From Vicinamibacterales bacterium (lineage in GTDB: Bacteria > Acidobacteriota > Vicinamibacteria > Vicinamibacterales > UBA8438): a stretch of 64,000 nt of DNA. Under the pieces are notes generated by a model that saw only the letters and a list, made by a program, of their open reading frames with translations, had not been told where the DNA came from and did not search any database. The stretch spans positions 2,570,012 to 2,634,011 of the forward strand of contig OZ244976.1 of the NCBI GenBank assembly GCA_965222905.1, given 5' to 3'. The translations under genes and the position numbers were made by a program. This document shows positions 6,590 through 15,756 of the stretch, one piece after another. Within the stretch, counting starts at the first letter, position 1. Each line of letters opens with the position of its first letter.

Positions 6590-9499
6590 TTGATCACGCC
6601 GCGGACGACACGCCTGCTGCGGGCGCCCACGCTCCGGGCGTTCCAGCGAGCGATCGCGGACACGGTGGCCGGTTGCGCCGAGTCGTCGGGGCCGGCCGTC
6701 GTGTTGACGCCTGCCCGAGCGGCGACCGGCCAATTACGGCGTACGCTCGCCGCGTCGGGGGTCGATTCGCGGCCGGCGACGCTGGTTACACGGAGCGAGT
6801 GGTACGAGTGGCTGCGCGAGCGGGACAGGTCCTCTCCGCCTTTGCTCACGGCGGTTCAGCGAGAGGTCGTCGGCACGGCCGCGGCCGGCGACGCGCTGGC
6901 CGCCGGCTGCGTTCCCCCGTTCCGGCTGCGGCCCGGCATCATCGCGGCGCTGCTGGCCTTCTACGATCAGCTCCGGCGCCACCGGCGCTCGGTCGACGCG
7001 TTCGAACGGCTGATGGTCGACGAGCTCGAGCCGAGCGCGGACCTCGATCGCGGAGCCCGGCGTCTCCTGCTCCAGACCCGTTTTCTGGTAGCCGCGTTCC
7101 GTGCTTACGATCGCAGGCTCGACGCCCTGCGCCTCGTCGACGAGCATCGGTTGCGGGAGCGGCTGCTCGCCGCGGAAGCTATCCAGACGGTGTCGGAGGT
7201 CGTCGTGACCGTCCCGGACCAGGTCGCGCACGCGGCGGGTCTGTACTCGGCGGATTTCGACCTGCTGGCGCGTCTCCCGAGGCTGGAACGGGTCACTGTC
7301 ATCGCGACCGACGCGGTGCTCGACAGCGGGTTTCGCGAGCGGCTCGACGATCTGCTGCCCGGCCTCGCCGAGTCGCGCGTCGAGTCCGACCCCGGCCGGC
7401 TGGCCGCTGCCGTCGTTCCCGACCCGTCGGCGGATCAGCCGTATTTCGTATGGCGCGACCGCGAAGAGGAGTTGCGCGGGATCGCGCGCCAGGTGAGTCG
7501 CGGCGTCGCGGTCGACGGGCGCCTGCCCGCGGCCGCCGCGGTCGTGGTGCAGCGTCCCTTGCCATATCTGTATCTCGCGCCTTCCGTGTTCGAAGCAGCC
7601 GCGCTGCCGGTGTGTGCGGGCGATGCGTTGCCGCTCGCGATAGAACCGTACGCCGCGGCAGTCGATCTCGTCCTCGCGTTCGTGGCGAGCGGGTTCCGTC
7701 AAGAACCGGCGGTGGAGCTGCTGCGGTCGCCGCACTTCAGGTTCGAGACGGACGGACCGCCGCCGGCCGTCGACGCCATTCGCGCGCTCGAACGCGGGTT
7801 GTCGGAGATGCGGTTCAGCGGCGGCGCGGATACGCTCGCCAGGTACGCCGAAGAGTGGCGAACGGCGAAGGGCGCCCGCCGCGCAGCGCTCGGCGCACTG
7901 CGCTGCGTGCTTGCCCTGGCCGATGACTTGCGTCCACTCCTGAGGCCGCGGCCTCTCGCGGCCCAGCTCGAGACGCTCCGATCGTTCCTGCAGCGCCACG
8001 CGCGTCCCGTCGATGCCGGCGCGCCGACCGGCCGCGCCACGGAGGGACGCGCGCTCGTCTGGCAGGGCCTCGAGGCGATCGAGGCCGCCAACCAATCGCT
8101 GGACGGTGCGGGTGGCGAGGTCGACGTGGCCGGGGTGGCGTCGGTCGTGCGGCGCTGGATCGAGAGCAGGACGTTTCCCCTGGGAGCGCTGGCCGAGGGC
8201 GTGCACCTCATCGACGTGCAGGCGGCGGCGTATGGACGGTTCGACGACGTGTTCGTCGCCGGTCTCGTCGATACCGAATGGCCGGGGCGCACGACCCGCA
8301 ATATCTTCTACCCGGGCGCTCTGCTGGTGGGACTCGGCTGGCCCCGCGAACGCGACCGGCTGCGAGCCTCTCGCGCCGCGTTCCGCGATCTGCTCGGACT
8401 CGCGGCCGAACGCGTCTGGCTCTCGACCTTCGTTCTCGAGGACGACGCGGTCGTCGCCGCCTCACCGCTGCTCGAGGACCTCGACGGCGTCGTTGTCGAG
8501 CGGCTTCGGGCGCCGGACCCGGATCCCGCCGGTGTGTCACGCGGCGGGCCCGGGCCGCCGGCGGACCCGGACATCAGGCAGCGCTGGCGGGCGCTGCGCT
8601 CCGAGCGGGCGATGCGGTCAGGCGGCGGGGATGTGCGGATGCCCGGCCGCGCCGGGCGTCAACCGGAGCGGACGTACACCGTGAGCGCGCTGGAGCGGTA
8701 CGCCGCCTGTCCCTTCCAGTACTTCGCGTCTCATGCACTGGGTCTCGAGGGGGAGCGGGCGAGCGAACAGACGATGACCCCGGACCAGCGCGGTCTGTTC
8801 CTGCATCGGGTGTTCGAGTCGTTCTTTCGTGACTGGCAGAGCGCTGGCCACGGCGCGGTGACGCTGGCCGACCTCGACACGGCGCTGGAGAGCTTTGCGG
8901 CTGTGGCGGAGGACGCCATCAGTGCGCTGCCCCCGGTCGACCGCGCCGTGGCCCGCGGGTGGCTGCTGGGCTCCGCGGCGTCGCCCGGTCTCGCCGAACG
9001 GGTGTTCGCGGCCGAGATCGAGAGTCAGACCGGGGTCGTCGAACGGCTGCTCGAGTACCGCATCGACGGGCGTTTCGAGTTCGGACGCCCGCCTGCCCGC
9101 CGGACGGTGGCGATTCGCGGCGTGATCGACCGTATCGACCTGCATGCGGACCGCACGCTACGGGTGATCGACTACAAGGCCAGCCGGCCCCCGCATCCGT
9201 CGCGTGCGCTGCAGCTTCCGGTCTATGCGCGCTGCGCCGAGCGACAGTTGCGCGCGGAGCGTGGGGAGAACTATCGCGCCACCGAGGCGCTGTACATCGC
9301 TTTCGGCGATCCCCGGCTGCAGGTGTCGGTGCCCGGGGGAGACGTCGCCGGGGCGATTGCCAATGGCGAGACGCGGGTCGTGGAGCTGGTGGAGGCGATC
9401 GAGGCGGGCGAGTATCCGCCCCGGCCGGTGGATCGCCTGCGGTGCATGACCTGTGCGTTTCCGACCGTCTGCCGCAAGGACCATGTCGAGGACGCCTGA
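6590..9499 (+). CDS. AddB-like PD-(D/E)XK helicase-nuclease subunit with Fe-S cysteines
   Basis: The C-terminus has 'YAACPFQYF', 'IRGVIDRIDL...VIDYKASRPP' (RecB-type nuclease) and 'CMTCAFPTVC' (cluster Cys). A TTG at 6590 is preceded by GGAGGG; the ORF is open from 6530. Confidence 0.75.
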   Translation: MITPRTTRLLRAPTLRAFQRAIADTVAGCAESSGPAVVLTPARAATGQLRRTLAASGVDSRPATLVTRSEWYEWLRERDRSSPPLLTAVQREVVGTAAAGDALAAGCVPPFRLRPGIIAALLAFYDQLRRHRRSVDAFERLMVDELEPSADLDRGARRLLLQTRFLVAAFRAYDRRLDALRLVDEHRLRERLLAAEAIQTVSEVVVTVPDQVAHAAGLYSADFDLLARLPRLERVTVIATDAVLDSGFRERLDDLLPGLAESRVESDPGRLAAAVVPDPSADQPYFVWRDREEELRGIARQVSRGVAVDGRLPAAAAVVVQRPLPYLYLAPSVFEAAALPVCAGDALPLAIEPYAAAVDLVLAFVASGFRQEPAVELLRSPHFRFETDGPPPAVDAIRALERGLSEMRFSGGADTLARYAEEWRTAKGARRAALGALRCVLALADDLRPLLRPRPLAAQLETLRSFLQRHARPVDAGAPTGRATEGRALVWQGLEAIEAANQSLDGAGGEVDVAGVASVVRRWIESRTFPLGALAEGVHLIDVQAAAYGRFDDVFVAGLVDTEWPGRTTRNIFYPGALLVGLGWPRERDRLRASRAAFRDLLGLAAERVWLSTFVLEDDAVVAASPLLEDLDGVVVERLRAPDPDPAGVSRGGPGPPADPDIRQRWRALRSERAMRSGGGDVRMPGRAGRQPERTYTVSALERYAACPFQYFASHALGLEGERASEQTMTPDQRGLFLHRVFESFFRDWQSAGHGAVTLADLDTALESFAAVAEDAISALPPVDRAVARGWLLGSAASPGLAERVFAAEIESQTGVVERLLEYRIDGRFEFGRPPARRTVAIRGVIDRIDLHADRTLRVIDYKASRPPHPSRALQLPVYARCAERQLRAERGENYRATEALYIAFGDPRLQVSVPGGDVAGAIANGETRVVELVEAIEAGEYPPRPVDRLRCMTCAFPTVCRKDHVEDA

Positions 9500-12401
9500 T
9501 CGCCTGACCGCCGCCGTGCCGTCGGACCAGGCGGCCCGCCTGATGGCGGTGGACCCGCGCCGCAACGTCGTGTTGGAGGCCTCGGCCGGCACCGGCAAGA
9601 CTTCGGTGCTCGTCACGCGCTACCTGAACTTGTTGCGTGCCGGGATCGCCCCGCTGAACGTACTGGCAATCACCTTCACGCGGCAGGCCGCGGCCGAGAT
9701 GCGCGAGCGGATCGTGGAGGAACTGAAGCAGGACGCTGCACGCTCCCGCGCCGGGGAGGCGCGCTGGCGCGAGCTGCGCGACCGGCTCGGCGAGATCACG
9801 ATCAGCACCATCGATGCCTTCTGCCTGTCGCTGCTGCGGGAGTTCCCGCTCGAGGCCGATCTCGACCCCGGCTTCGCGGTCGCCGACGAGACGGAGGTCC
9901 CGCACATCGTCGCGCAGGCGGTCGAACGGACGCTGGTGACCGGCAGCGCAGCGGCGCATGACGATCCCGACGTCGCCATGCTGCTCGCGCAGCTCGGGCC
10001 GTGGCGCGTGCGGTTGGCGGTGACCCACCTGCTCCAGCGCCGTACCGCCGTGGCGGCGGCGCTCGGGCGCGTGCTCCGGGGTGTGCCGCGTGACTCGACC
10101 GCCGCCGGCGCATGCCGCGGCGCGGTGGCGAGCCTTGCGGATCGTCTGGGCGGGATGCGCACCACGTTGCGGCGCGTACTGGATGACGGACCGTGGGAGA
10201 GCGGACCCTTCGCACTGGTGGCGCGTGACCTGGCCCAGCTCGCCCGGCTCGCGGCACTCGAACCGGCCCGTATCCGCGCGGCGCTCGATCGGCTGCGGGC
10301 GTACTTCCTGACGCGCTCGGGCTCGCCGCGCAAGCGGTTCACCGATCCACGCTCGCGGAGCGGTACTCCGCGCGGCCGCCGTTTCCGGGCGGCCGCCGCG
10401 GCGCTGGCGCCCGTCGTGCACGAAGTGCTGACCCGCTTCGATCGCGACGTGAACGTGGCGCTCGTGCGCGGCGTGCGGCGCCTCTTTCGCATCGGCGTCG
10501 CCGAGTACCGCCGCGAGTTGGAGGCGCGCGCGCTGCTCGATTTCTCCGATCTCCTCGAGCGTGCGGTCGACCTGCTGCGGAAGATGGACGAGTTCGCGCG
10601 CTCGCGCTATCGGCTCGAGTCGCGGTATCACCACGTGCTCGTCGACGAGTTTCAGGACACGAGCCGCGCCCAGTGGGAGCTGGTCTCGCTGCTGGTGCAG
10701 TCGTGGGGCGAGGGCAGCGGGCTGGTGCATGACGCGCCCCTGCCGCCCAGCGTCTTCGTGGTCGGGGACCGCAAGCAGTCGATCTACCGTTTCCGGGACG
10801 CCGACGTCTCCGTGTTGGAGGACGCGGGCGTCGCGGTCGCGGCGCTGCGGCCGGATGCGCCGGAGGGCTCGGGGGGCCGCGTGCGCCAGTGGATCTCGCA
10901 CAGCTTTCGCGCCGTACCGGACCTGCTTGCCTTCGTCAACGACCTCTTTGCAGCAATCGAGAAGGCGCCGGCTCGGCGCGACGCCTTCAGGTTCGACGAC
11001 CGTGATCGCTTTCCGGTCGCCGGGACGCCGGACCCGGTGCGCGGCGACCGCGACCCGGTGCTCGGGATCGCGATCGGCGAAAGCGTCGAGCAGTGCGCGG
11101 AGCTGGTGGCCGACGAGATCGCGCGGCTGCTCCGGGAAGAACAGGTCCGCGACCGCCGTACGGGAATGCGCCGCCGCGCGGAACCGGGCGACGTCGCGAT
11201 CCTGTTCCGTTCGCGGCAGAGCCATCGAGAGTTCGAGCAGGCCCTGAACGCACGCAGGATCCAGACCTGCGTGTACAAGGGGCTCGGGTTCTTCGACGCG
11301 GAGGAGATCAAGGACCTGCGGGCGTTGCTCCGATACCTGGCCAATCCGTGGTCGGAGCTGCGGGCGGCGGCGTTGCTGCGCTCGCGAGTCGTCGGCATCT
11401 CGGACCGCGCTCTCGCGCAGCTCGCCGGTGGGCTGTCCGACGTCCTGCTGGCCCCCGAGGTTCCGGCCTCGATGGCGGGTCTCGCCGGTGACGATCCGGA
11501 GCTGCTGGCCCTGGCGCGCGAGACCGTTCCGCGGTGGGTCGCACTGGTCGACCGGATGGCCCCTTCCGAACTGCTCGACCGAGCCCTCGCCGAGTCGGCC
11601 TATGACGCGGAGCTGCACACGGGGCGTGCCGTTCAGGCGAGGGAAAATGTCAAGAAGCTCCGCGGCCTGGTCAGACGCGTACAGAATCGGGGCTACGCGA
11701 CCATGGCCCGCGTGGCCGAGCATCTCGATCGACTGTCGGGCGACGTGTCGAACGCCGTGGTCGACGCCTTCGACGCGGTCAACCTGATGACGGTGCACGC
11801 GGCCAAGGGACTGGAGTTCCCGGTGGTGCTGCTGGTCGACGTCGGTCGCGGCGCCGGGGCCGCCGTACCTCCGGTCCGCGTCACGGGCATGGGTGACGGA
11901 GAGCCGTCCGTGTCCGTTTGGCCGTTTCGGACCGAGGCGGACGAAGATCAGCGCCTGGCCGATCGCGAGGAGAGCAAGCGCCTGTTGTACGTGGGCGCCA
12001 CGCGCGCTCGAGACCGCCTCTATTTCTCGGCCGTCGCCGCCGGCGGAAAGATCGAACCGAACCGCGGCAGCCTGGGAGAAGTGCTGCCCGCCACCCTTCT
12101 CGCGACCATGGGGCGAGCGGTGGCCGCGGTGCAGCCGGTGATCGACTGGGCTGGAGAGACCGGACGAAAACACCGACTCGCGGTCGTGGGCGCGGAGCGC
12201 CCGGCGGGACCGTCGGGGTCGACTCAGGGCAGCAGCAGACGGGGGTCCGCGGTGACGCGCTCGATCCAGTGGCGCGCATTCGCCTCGGCCTCCTGCCGCG
12301 TCTGTCCGGGGAGGATGACTGCGCCGAGCGGTCCGGACTCGCCCGGCGCGACGGCCCAGGCCACCCAGTGGCCCGCGCGGGCTTCGCTGTGGATCGTGTA
12401 A
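9483..12401 (+). CDS. UvrD/AddA-like superfamily-1 helicase (no recognisable C-terminal nuclease)
   Basis: 'EASAGTGKTS' (Walker A), 'VDEFQDTS', 'MTVHAAKGLEFPVV' and 'LLYVGATRARDRLY'. The start overlaps the addB-like stop by 17 nt. The last ~60 codons look non-coding and overlap an antisense ORF. Confidence 0.8.
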   Translation: MSRTPDRLTAAVPSDQAARLMAVDPRRNVVLEASAGTGKTSVLVTRYLNLLRAGIAPLNVLAITFTRQAAAEMRERIVEELKQDAARSRAGEARWRELRDRLGEITISTIDAFCLSLLREFPLEADLDPGFAVADETEVPHIVAQAVERTLVTGSAAAHDDPDVAMLLAQLGPWRVRLAVTHLLQRRTAVAAALGRVLRGVPRDSTAAGACRGAVASLADRLGGMRTTLRRVLDDGPWESGPFALVARDLAQLARLAALEPARIRAALDRLRAYFLTRSGSPRKRFTDPRSRSGTPRGRRFRAAAAALAPVVHEVLTRFDRDVNVALVRGVRRLFRIGVAEYRRELEARALLDFSDLLERAVDLLRKMDEFARSRYRLESRYHHVLVDEFQDTSRAQWELVSLLVQSWGEGSGLVHDAPLPPSVFVVGDRKQSIYRFRDADVSVLEDAGVAVAALRPDAPEGSGGRVRQWISHSFRAVPDLLAFVNDLFAAIEKAPARRDAFRFDDRDRFPVAGTPDPVRGDRDPVLGIAIGESVEQCAELVADEIARLLREEQVRDRRTGMRRRAEPGDVAILFRSRQSHREFEQALNARRIQTCVYKGLGFFDAEEIKDLRALLRYLANPWSELRAAALLRSRVVGISDRALAQLAGGLSDVLLAPEVPASMAGLAGDDPELLALARETVPRWVALVDRMAPSELLDRALAESAYDAELHTGRAVQARENVKKLRGLVRRVQNRGYATMARVAEHLDRLSGDVSNAVVDAFDAVNLMTVHAAKGLEFPVVLLVDVGRGAGAAVPPVRVTGMGDGEPSVSVWPFRTEADEDQRLADREESKRLLYVGATRARDRLYFSAVAAGGKIEPNRGSLGEVLPATLLATMGRAVAAVQPVIDWAGETGRKHRLAVVGAERPAGPSGSTQGSSRRGSAVTRSIQWRAFASASCRVCPGRMTAPSGPDSPGATAQATQWPARASLWIV

Positions 12402-12409
12402 TCGCTCAT
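12224..12409 (-). CDS. small hypothetical protein (HicB-like pattern)
   Basis: 61 aa, 'YTIHSEARAGHWVAWAV...PGQTRQEAEANARHWIE'. Almost the whole gene lies inside the 3' tail of the helicase ORF, so only one of the two can be fully correct. Confidence 0.35.
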   Translation of the reverse strand: MSDYTIHSEARAGHWVAWAVAPGESGPLGAVILPGQTRQEAEANARHWIERVTADPRLLLP

Positions 12410-12490
12410 GGCTCGTGGTGTTCCCGCGGCAGATCGTAACACCACTTCCCGCCTTGACAACGCTCGGAACCGACTCCTATCGTACGGTTA

Positions 12491-13102
12491 GTGCCTGCCG
12501 AACCGACGCCGGGACCGTTCCGTGACGCCAATGGGGCGGAGATCCGCCGCAGCTACTGGGCGCTGGCCCGCCGCCTGCACGAGGATTCGGCGGTGCACAC
12601 CGGGGACGCGCTGGAGCGGATGGTCGAGCATCCGCCGGCTTCTCGGGCCGGATCCGGCCCGCCGGCCGCGGGCGCGTCGTCGCGCTGGCGACCGCAGAGC
12701 CGCCATGCGTCCGGATCCGTCCTCGCCGACGAGGTCGCCATCGACTTTCCGTCGATGGCCCCGATTGTCGCGCGCATGCGAGCGGCCTTCTTCGCCGAGG
12801 CCGGCGACCGCGGCGTGGCGACCCGGTGCGCGGAGGTGGAGCTGACCGCGCGGCAGGCCGACCAGGGGGTCCGCGTCCCTCTGGACCTCACCGTGCCGCA
12901 CACCTGCCCTGCCTGCGGCGGGCGGGGCGAGCTGTGGACCGACCCGTGCGGTCTGTGCGACGGCAGCGGCGCCGGGCTCCTGTCCCACCGCCTGCACTTC
13001 CGTGTGCCGCCCGGCGTGCGGCACGGAACCCGCCTGCGCTACTCGTTCACGCCGCCGCACGCTTTCGAGACCCACATCGAAGTTCGCATCGCCGTGCAGT
13101 GA
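12491..13102 (+). CDS. DnaJ-like protein with a degenerate J-domain and one zinc-finger unit
   Basis: 'IRRSYWALARRLHED' resembles J-domain helix II plus loop, but HPD is replaced by HED. 'CPACGGRG...CGLCDGSG' are CxxCxGxG repeats, and the C-terminus is beta-rich like the DnaJ CTD. Confidence 0.6.
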   Translation: MPAEPTPGPFRDANGAEIRRSYWALARRLHEDSAVHTGDALERMVEHPPASRAGSGPPAAGASSRWRPQSRHASGSVLADEVAIDFPSMAPIVARMRAAFFAEAGDRGVATRCAEVELTARQADQGVRVPLDLTVPHTCPACGGRGELWTDPCGLCDGSGAGLLSHRLHFRVPPGVRHGTRLRYSFTPPHAFETHIEVRIAVQ

Positions 13103-13164
13103 TCGATCGCGGTCGGCGCCGGTCCGGTTGTCTGGCGGAGACCGAGCCGCTAAGCTTGAATGCC

Positions 13165-14280
13165 ATGCCTGCTGTTTCTGAAGCTGCCGTGCTGAATGCC
13201 CTCAAGTCGGTCACCGACCCCGACCTGGGGCGGGACATCGTCAGTCTCGGGTTCGTCAAGAACCTGACCATCGACGGCGGCCGAGTCGCGTTCGTGGTCG
13301 AGCTGACGACACCCGCCTGTCCGGTCAAGGACCAGATGCGGGAGCAGGCGCGGGCGGCGGTATCCGCGCTCGGCGGCGTGGACGCCGTCGACATCGAGAT
13401 GACCGCGAGCGTCCGATCCGCGGTGACCGACGCCCAGCAGGCGCCCATTCCGGGCATCCGCAACATCATCGCCGTCGGCGCCGGGAAGGGCGGCGTCGGC
13501 AAGACGACCGTGTCGGTCAATCTTGCCGTCGCGCTGGCTCGTTACGGAGGGCGCGTCGGGATCATCGACGGGGACGTCTACGGTCCCAACGTGCCGATCA
13601 TGCTCGGCCTCGACGCGCGGCTGGAGTCGGACGGTCAGAAGATCGTGCCGGCAGAGAAGTTCGGCATCCGGGTCGTGTCGATGGGCTTTCTCACCGACGC
13701 GACGGCGCCGATCATCTGGCGCGGTCCCATGCTGCACGGCGTGGTCCGGCAGTTCTTTCTGGACGTCAAGTGGGGCGAGCTGGATTACCTCGTCGTCGAC
13801 ATGCCCCCGGGCACGGGTGACGTCGCCCTCAGCCTGAGTCAGACCGTACCGGTCACCGGCGCCGTGGTGGTGACGACGCCGCAGGCGGTCTCGCTGTCCG
13901 ACAGTCGCCGCGCCGTCGGGATGTACCGCAAGCTCAACGTCCCGACGCTCGGGATCGTCGAGAACATGAGCTACTACGCCTGCTCCGGCTGTGGGCAGGA
14001 GAGCGACCTGTTCGGCCGCGGCGGCGGCGAGCGCGTCGCCGCGGAACTCGACATTCCGTTCCTCGGGCACATTCCACTCTATGCGCCCATCCGTGTCGGC
14101 GGCGACACCGGCGCGCCCATCGTGAGCGCCGAGCCCGAGTCGCCGGCGGGCCAGGCCTTCCTGCACATCGCCGAGCGTGCCGCCGCGCAGATCTCGATCC
14201 AGAGCTTCCAGCCACCCCGGCCGGCTGCTCCAGCGGCTCCTCCGGCCATGGCCGCGGGGCCGAGTCCGTTGCGGGGCTGA
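13165..14280 (+). CDS. apbC: Mrp/ApbC-type iron-sulfur cluster carrier ATPase
   Basis: N-terminal MIP18-like 'VTDPDLGRDIVSLGFV', deviant Walker A 'GKGGVGKTT' and 'CSGCG' (CxxC). Start taken at the ATG (MPAVSEA) inside a longer ORF. Confidence 0.9.
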   Translation: MPAVSEAAVLNALKSVTDPDLGRDIVSLGFVKNLTIDGGRVAFVVELTTPACPVKDQMREQARAAVSALGGVDAVDIEMTASVRSAVTDAQQAPIPGIRNIIAVGAGKGGVGKTTVSVNLAVALARYGGRVGIIDGDVYGPNVPIMLGLDARLESDGQKIVPAEKFGIRVVSMGFLTDATAPIIWRGPMLHGVVRQFFLDVKWGELDYLVVDMPPGTGDVALSLSQTVPVTGAVVVTTPQAVSLSDSRRAVGMYRKLNVPTLGIVENMSYYACSGCGQESDLFGRGGGERVAAELDIPFLGHIPLYAPIRVGGDTGAPIVSAEPESPAGQAFLHIAERAAAQISIQSFQPPRPAAPAAPPAMAAGPSPLRG

Positions 14281-14295
14281 CCGCCGGCCGGTTCG

Positions 14296-14910
14296 TCACC
14301 GGCGCGGCCGTTGCGCCTCACCGGTCATCGGGACGAAGCGGACCGGGAGCACCGCCTCGGTGGTCGAGCCCTCGGCCGTCTTCGTTACTATCAGGATCTC
14401 CTGCATGAAGCGGCCGACCGGGATCACCAGCCTTGCGCCGACCGCGAGTTGCTCGACCAGCGCCGGCGGGACGTGATCCGGGGCGGCGGCGACGACGATG
14501 GCGTCGAAGGGAGCCTCGTCCGGCCAGCCCCGGTAGCCGTCGCCCGTTCTGACCTCCACGTTGTCGTAGCCGAGGTCGGCCAGAAGCCTGCGCGACCGCT
14601 CGGCGAGCTCCGGGACGATCTCGATCGAGTAGACCTGGCCCACGATCTCGGCGAGCACGGCGGCCTGGTAGCCGGACCCGGTGCCGATATCGAGTACCTT
14701 CGCATCGGGCGTCAGCGCGGCGGCCTCGGTCATGTAGGCGACGACGTAGGGTTGCGAGATCGTCTGGTCGTAGCCGATCGGCAACGGCGTGTCGTCGTAG
14801 GCGCGAGGCGCGAGTTCCGCCGGGACGAAGCGGTTCCGCGGGACCGCCGCGAGCGCCTCGAGCACGGCGGGCTCGGAGATGCCGCGAGCGCGAATCTGCC
14901 TTTCCACCAT
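14296..14910 (-). CDS. pcm: protein-L-isoaspartate O-methyltransferase
   Basis: 'TISQPYVVA' and the SAM motif 'VLDIGTGSGYQAAVLA'. 204 aa from MVERQIR. The ORF is open further upstream, through a lipobox-like 'LLACAG', so the start is uncertain. Confidence 0.85.
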   Translation of the reverse strand: MVERQIRARGISEPAVLEALAAVPRNRFVPAELAPRAYDDTPLPIGYDQTISQPYVVAYMTEAAALTPDAKVLDIGTGSGYQAAVLAEIVGQVYSIEIVPELAERSRRLLADLGYDNVEVRTGDGYRGWPDEAPFDAIVVAAAPDHVPPALVEQLAVGARLVIPVGRFMQEILIVTKTAEGSTTEAVLPVRFVPMTGEAQRPRR

Positions 14911-15045
14911 CTCCTGCCGCTCCCCGGACCGCTCGTCTTGACGCGCGGACCGCTCTTCGGCCACGCTGGCAGACTCGACCGGCCCGAGTGCGCACCCGAG
15001 CACTGCACCGGCGCAGGCGAGCAGGACCCGCCATCGACCGAGACG

Positions 15046-15756
15046 ATGTTCTGGCTGTTGATTGTCGCCGGCTTCGGTCTGCTGTCGCTCGCCCACGTTG
15101 CGCCCTTTCCGTTTCTGCTCGACGCCGTCGCCCCGGCGCCGGCGGTCTGGAGCATGCCGGAGGGGGACGGCTCGCCTGCCGTCTACCTGACTTTCGACGA
15201 CGGCCCGAACCCGACCGCGACGCCGCTGCTGCTCGACGTGCTCGCCGAGCAGCAGGCACGCGCGACCTTCTTCGTGATCGACAGACACCTCACCGAGCGG
15301 ACGGCGGCGATAGTCCGCCGCATGTTCGACGAAGGGCATGCCGTCGGCCTCCATACGCATACGCGCCACTGGATGGTGCTGCCGCCCGACGAGGTGGCGC
15401 GCCGCCTGCAGGGTGCGGCGGAGCGGATCGAGCGCCTGGGCGGCCGCAGCCCCTGCCGCGCCTTTCGTCCCCACGCGGGCTTCCGGAGCGGGCAGATGTA
15501 CGAGGGGCTGGCCCGGGCCGGCTACACGCTCGTGGGCTGGGGCTGGAGCCTGTGGGACTTCAACTGGTACCGCCGCCCCGATCCCGCCGGACTCGCGGAC
15601 CGGCTCGCCGCCCGCATTTCGGACGGCGACATAGTCGTCATGCACGACGGTCACCATGAGAATCCCGAGGCCGACCGGCAGTACGCGGTCGACGCGACGG
15701 CGCTGCTGATTCCGAAGCTGCGCGCTCGCGGGTTCGTATTCGGGACCATCTGCTAG
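15046..15756 (+). CDS. polysaccharide deacetylase (NodB-homology domain), membrane-anchored
   Basis: N-terminal TM 'MFWLLIVAGFGLL', NodB motifs 'YLTFDDGPNP' and 'HAVGLHTHTRH', and 'VVMHDG' near the C-terminus. Confidence 0.8.
   Translation: MFWLLIVAGFGLLSLAHVAPFPFLLDAVAPAPAVWSMPEGDGSPAVYLTFDDGPNPTATPLLLDVLAEQQARATFFVIDRHLTERTAAIVRRMFDEGHAVGLHTHTRHWMVLPPDEVARRLQGAAERIERLGGRSPCRAFRPHAGFRSGQMYEGLARAGYTLVGWGWSLWDFNWYRRPDPAGLADRLAARISDGDIVVMHDGHHENPEADRQYAVDATALLIPKLRARGFVFGTIC

Noticed and set aside
6397-8206. 509-aa (+) and 490-aa (-) ORFs overlapping the AddB-like gene
   Set aside because: These are alternative or antisense frames of the AddB-like gene. They are extremely Arg-rich low-complexity sequence with no motifs.
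8919-12173. 1084-aa ORF on the minus strand
   Set aside because: It is antisense to the clearly motif-bearing AddA/UvrD-like helicase. The composition is dominated by Arg/Ala/Gly/Pro with no recognisable motifs, which is a typical GC-rich shadow frame.
12826-13164. N-terminal 113-codon extension of the apbC/mrp ORF
   Set aside because: It overlaps the DnaJ-like gene in another frame. The canonical Mrp N-terminus (MPAVSEAAVLNALKSVTDP) starts at the ATG at 13165.
14911-15657. N-terminal extension of the pcm ORF, including a lipobox-like 'LLACAG' segment
   Set aside because: Most of the extension is antisense to the deacetylase gene. The only in-frame start just upstream of the hydrophobic segment is a GTG that would overlap the divergent deacetylase start. 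I kept the ATG at 14910 but cannot exclude a lipoprotein form.
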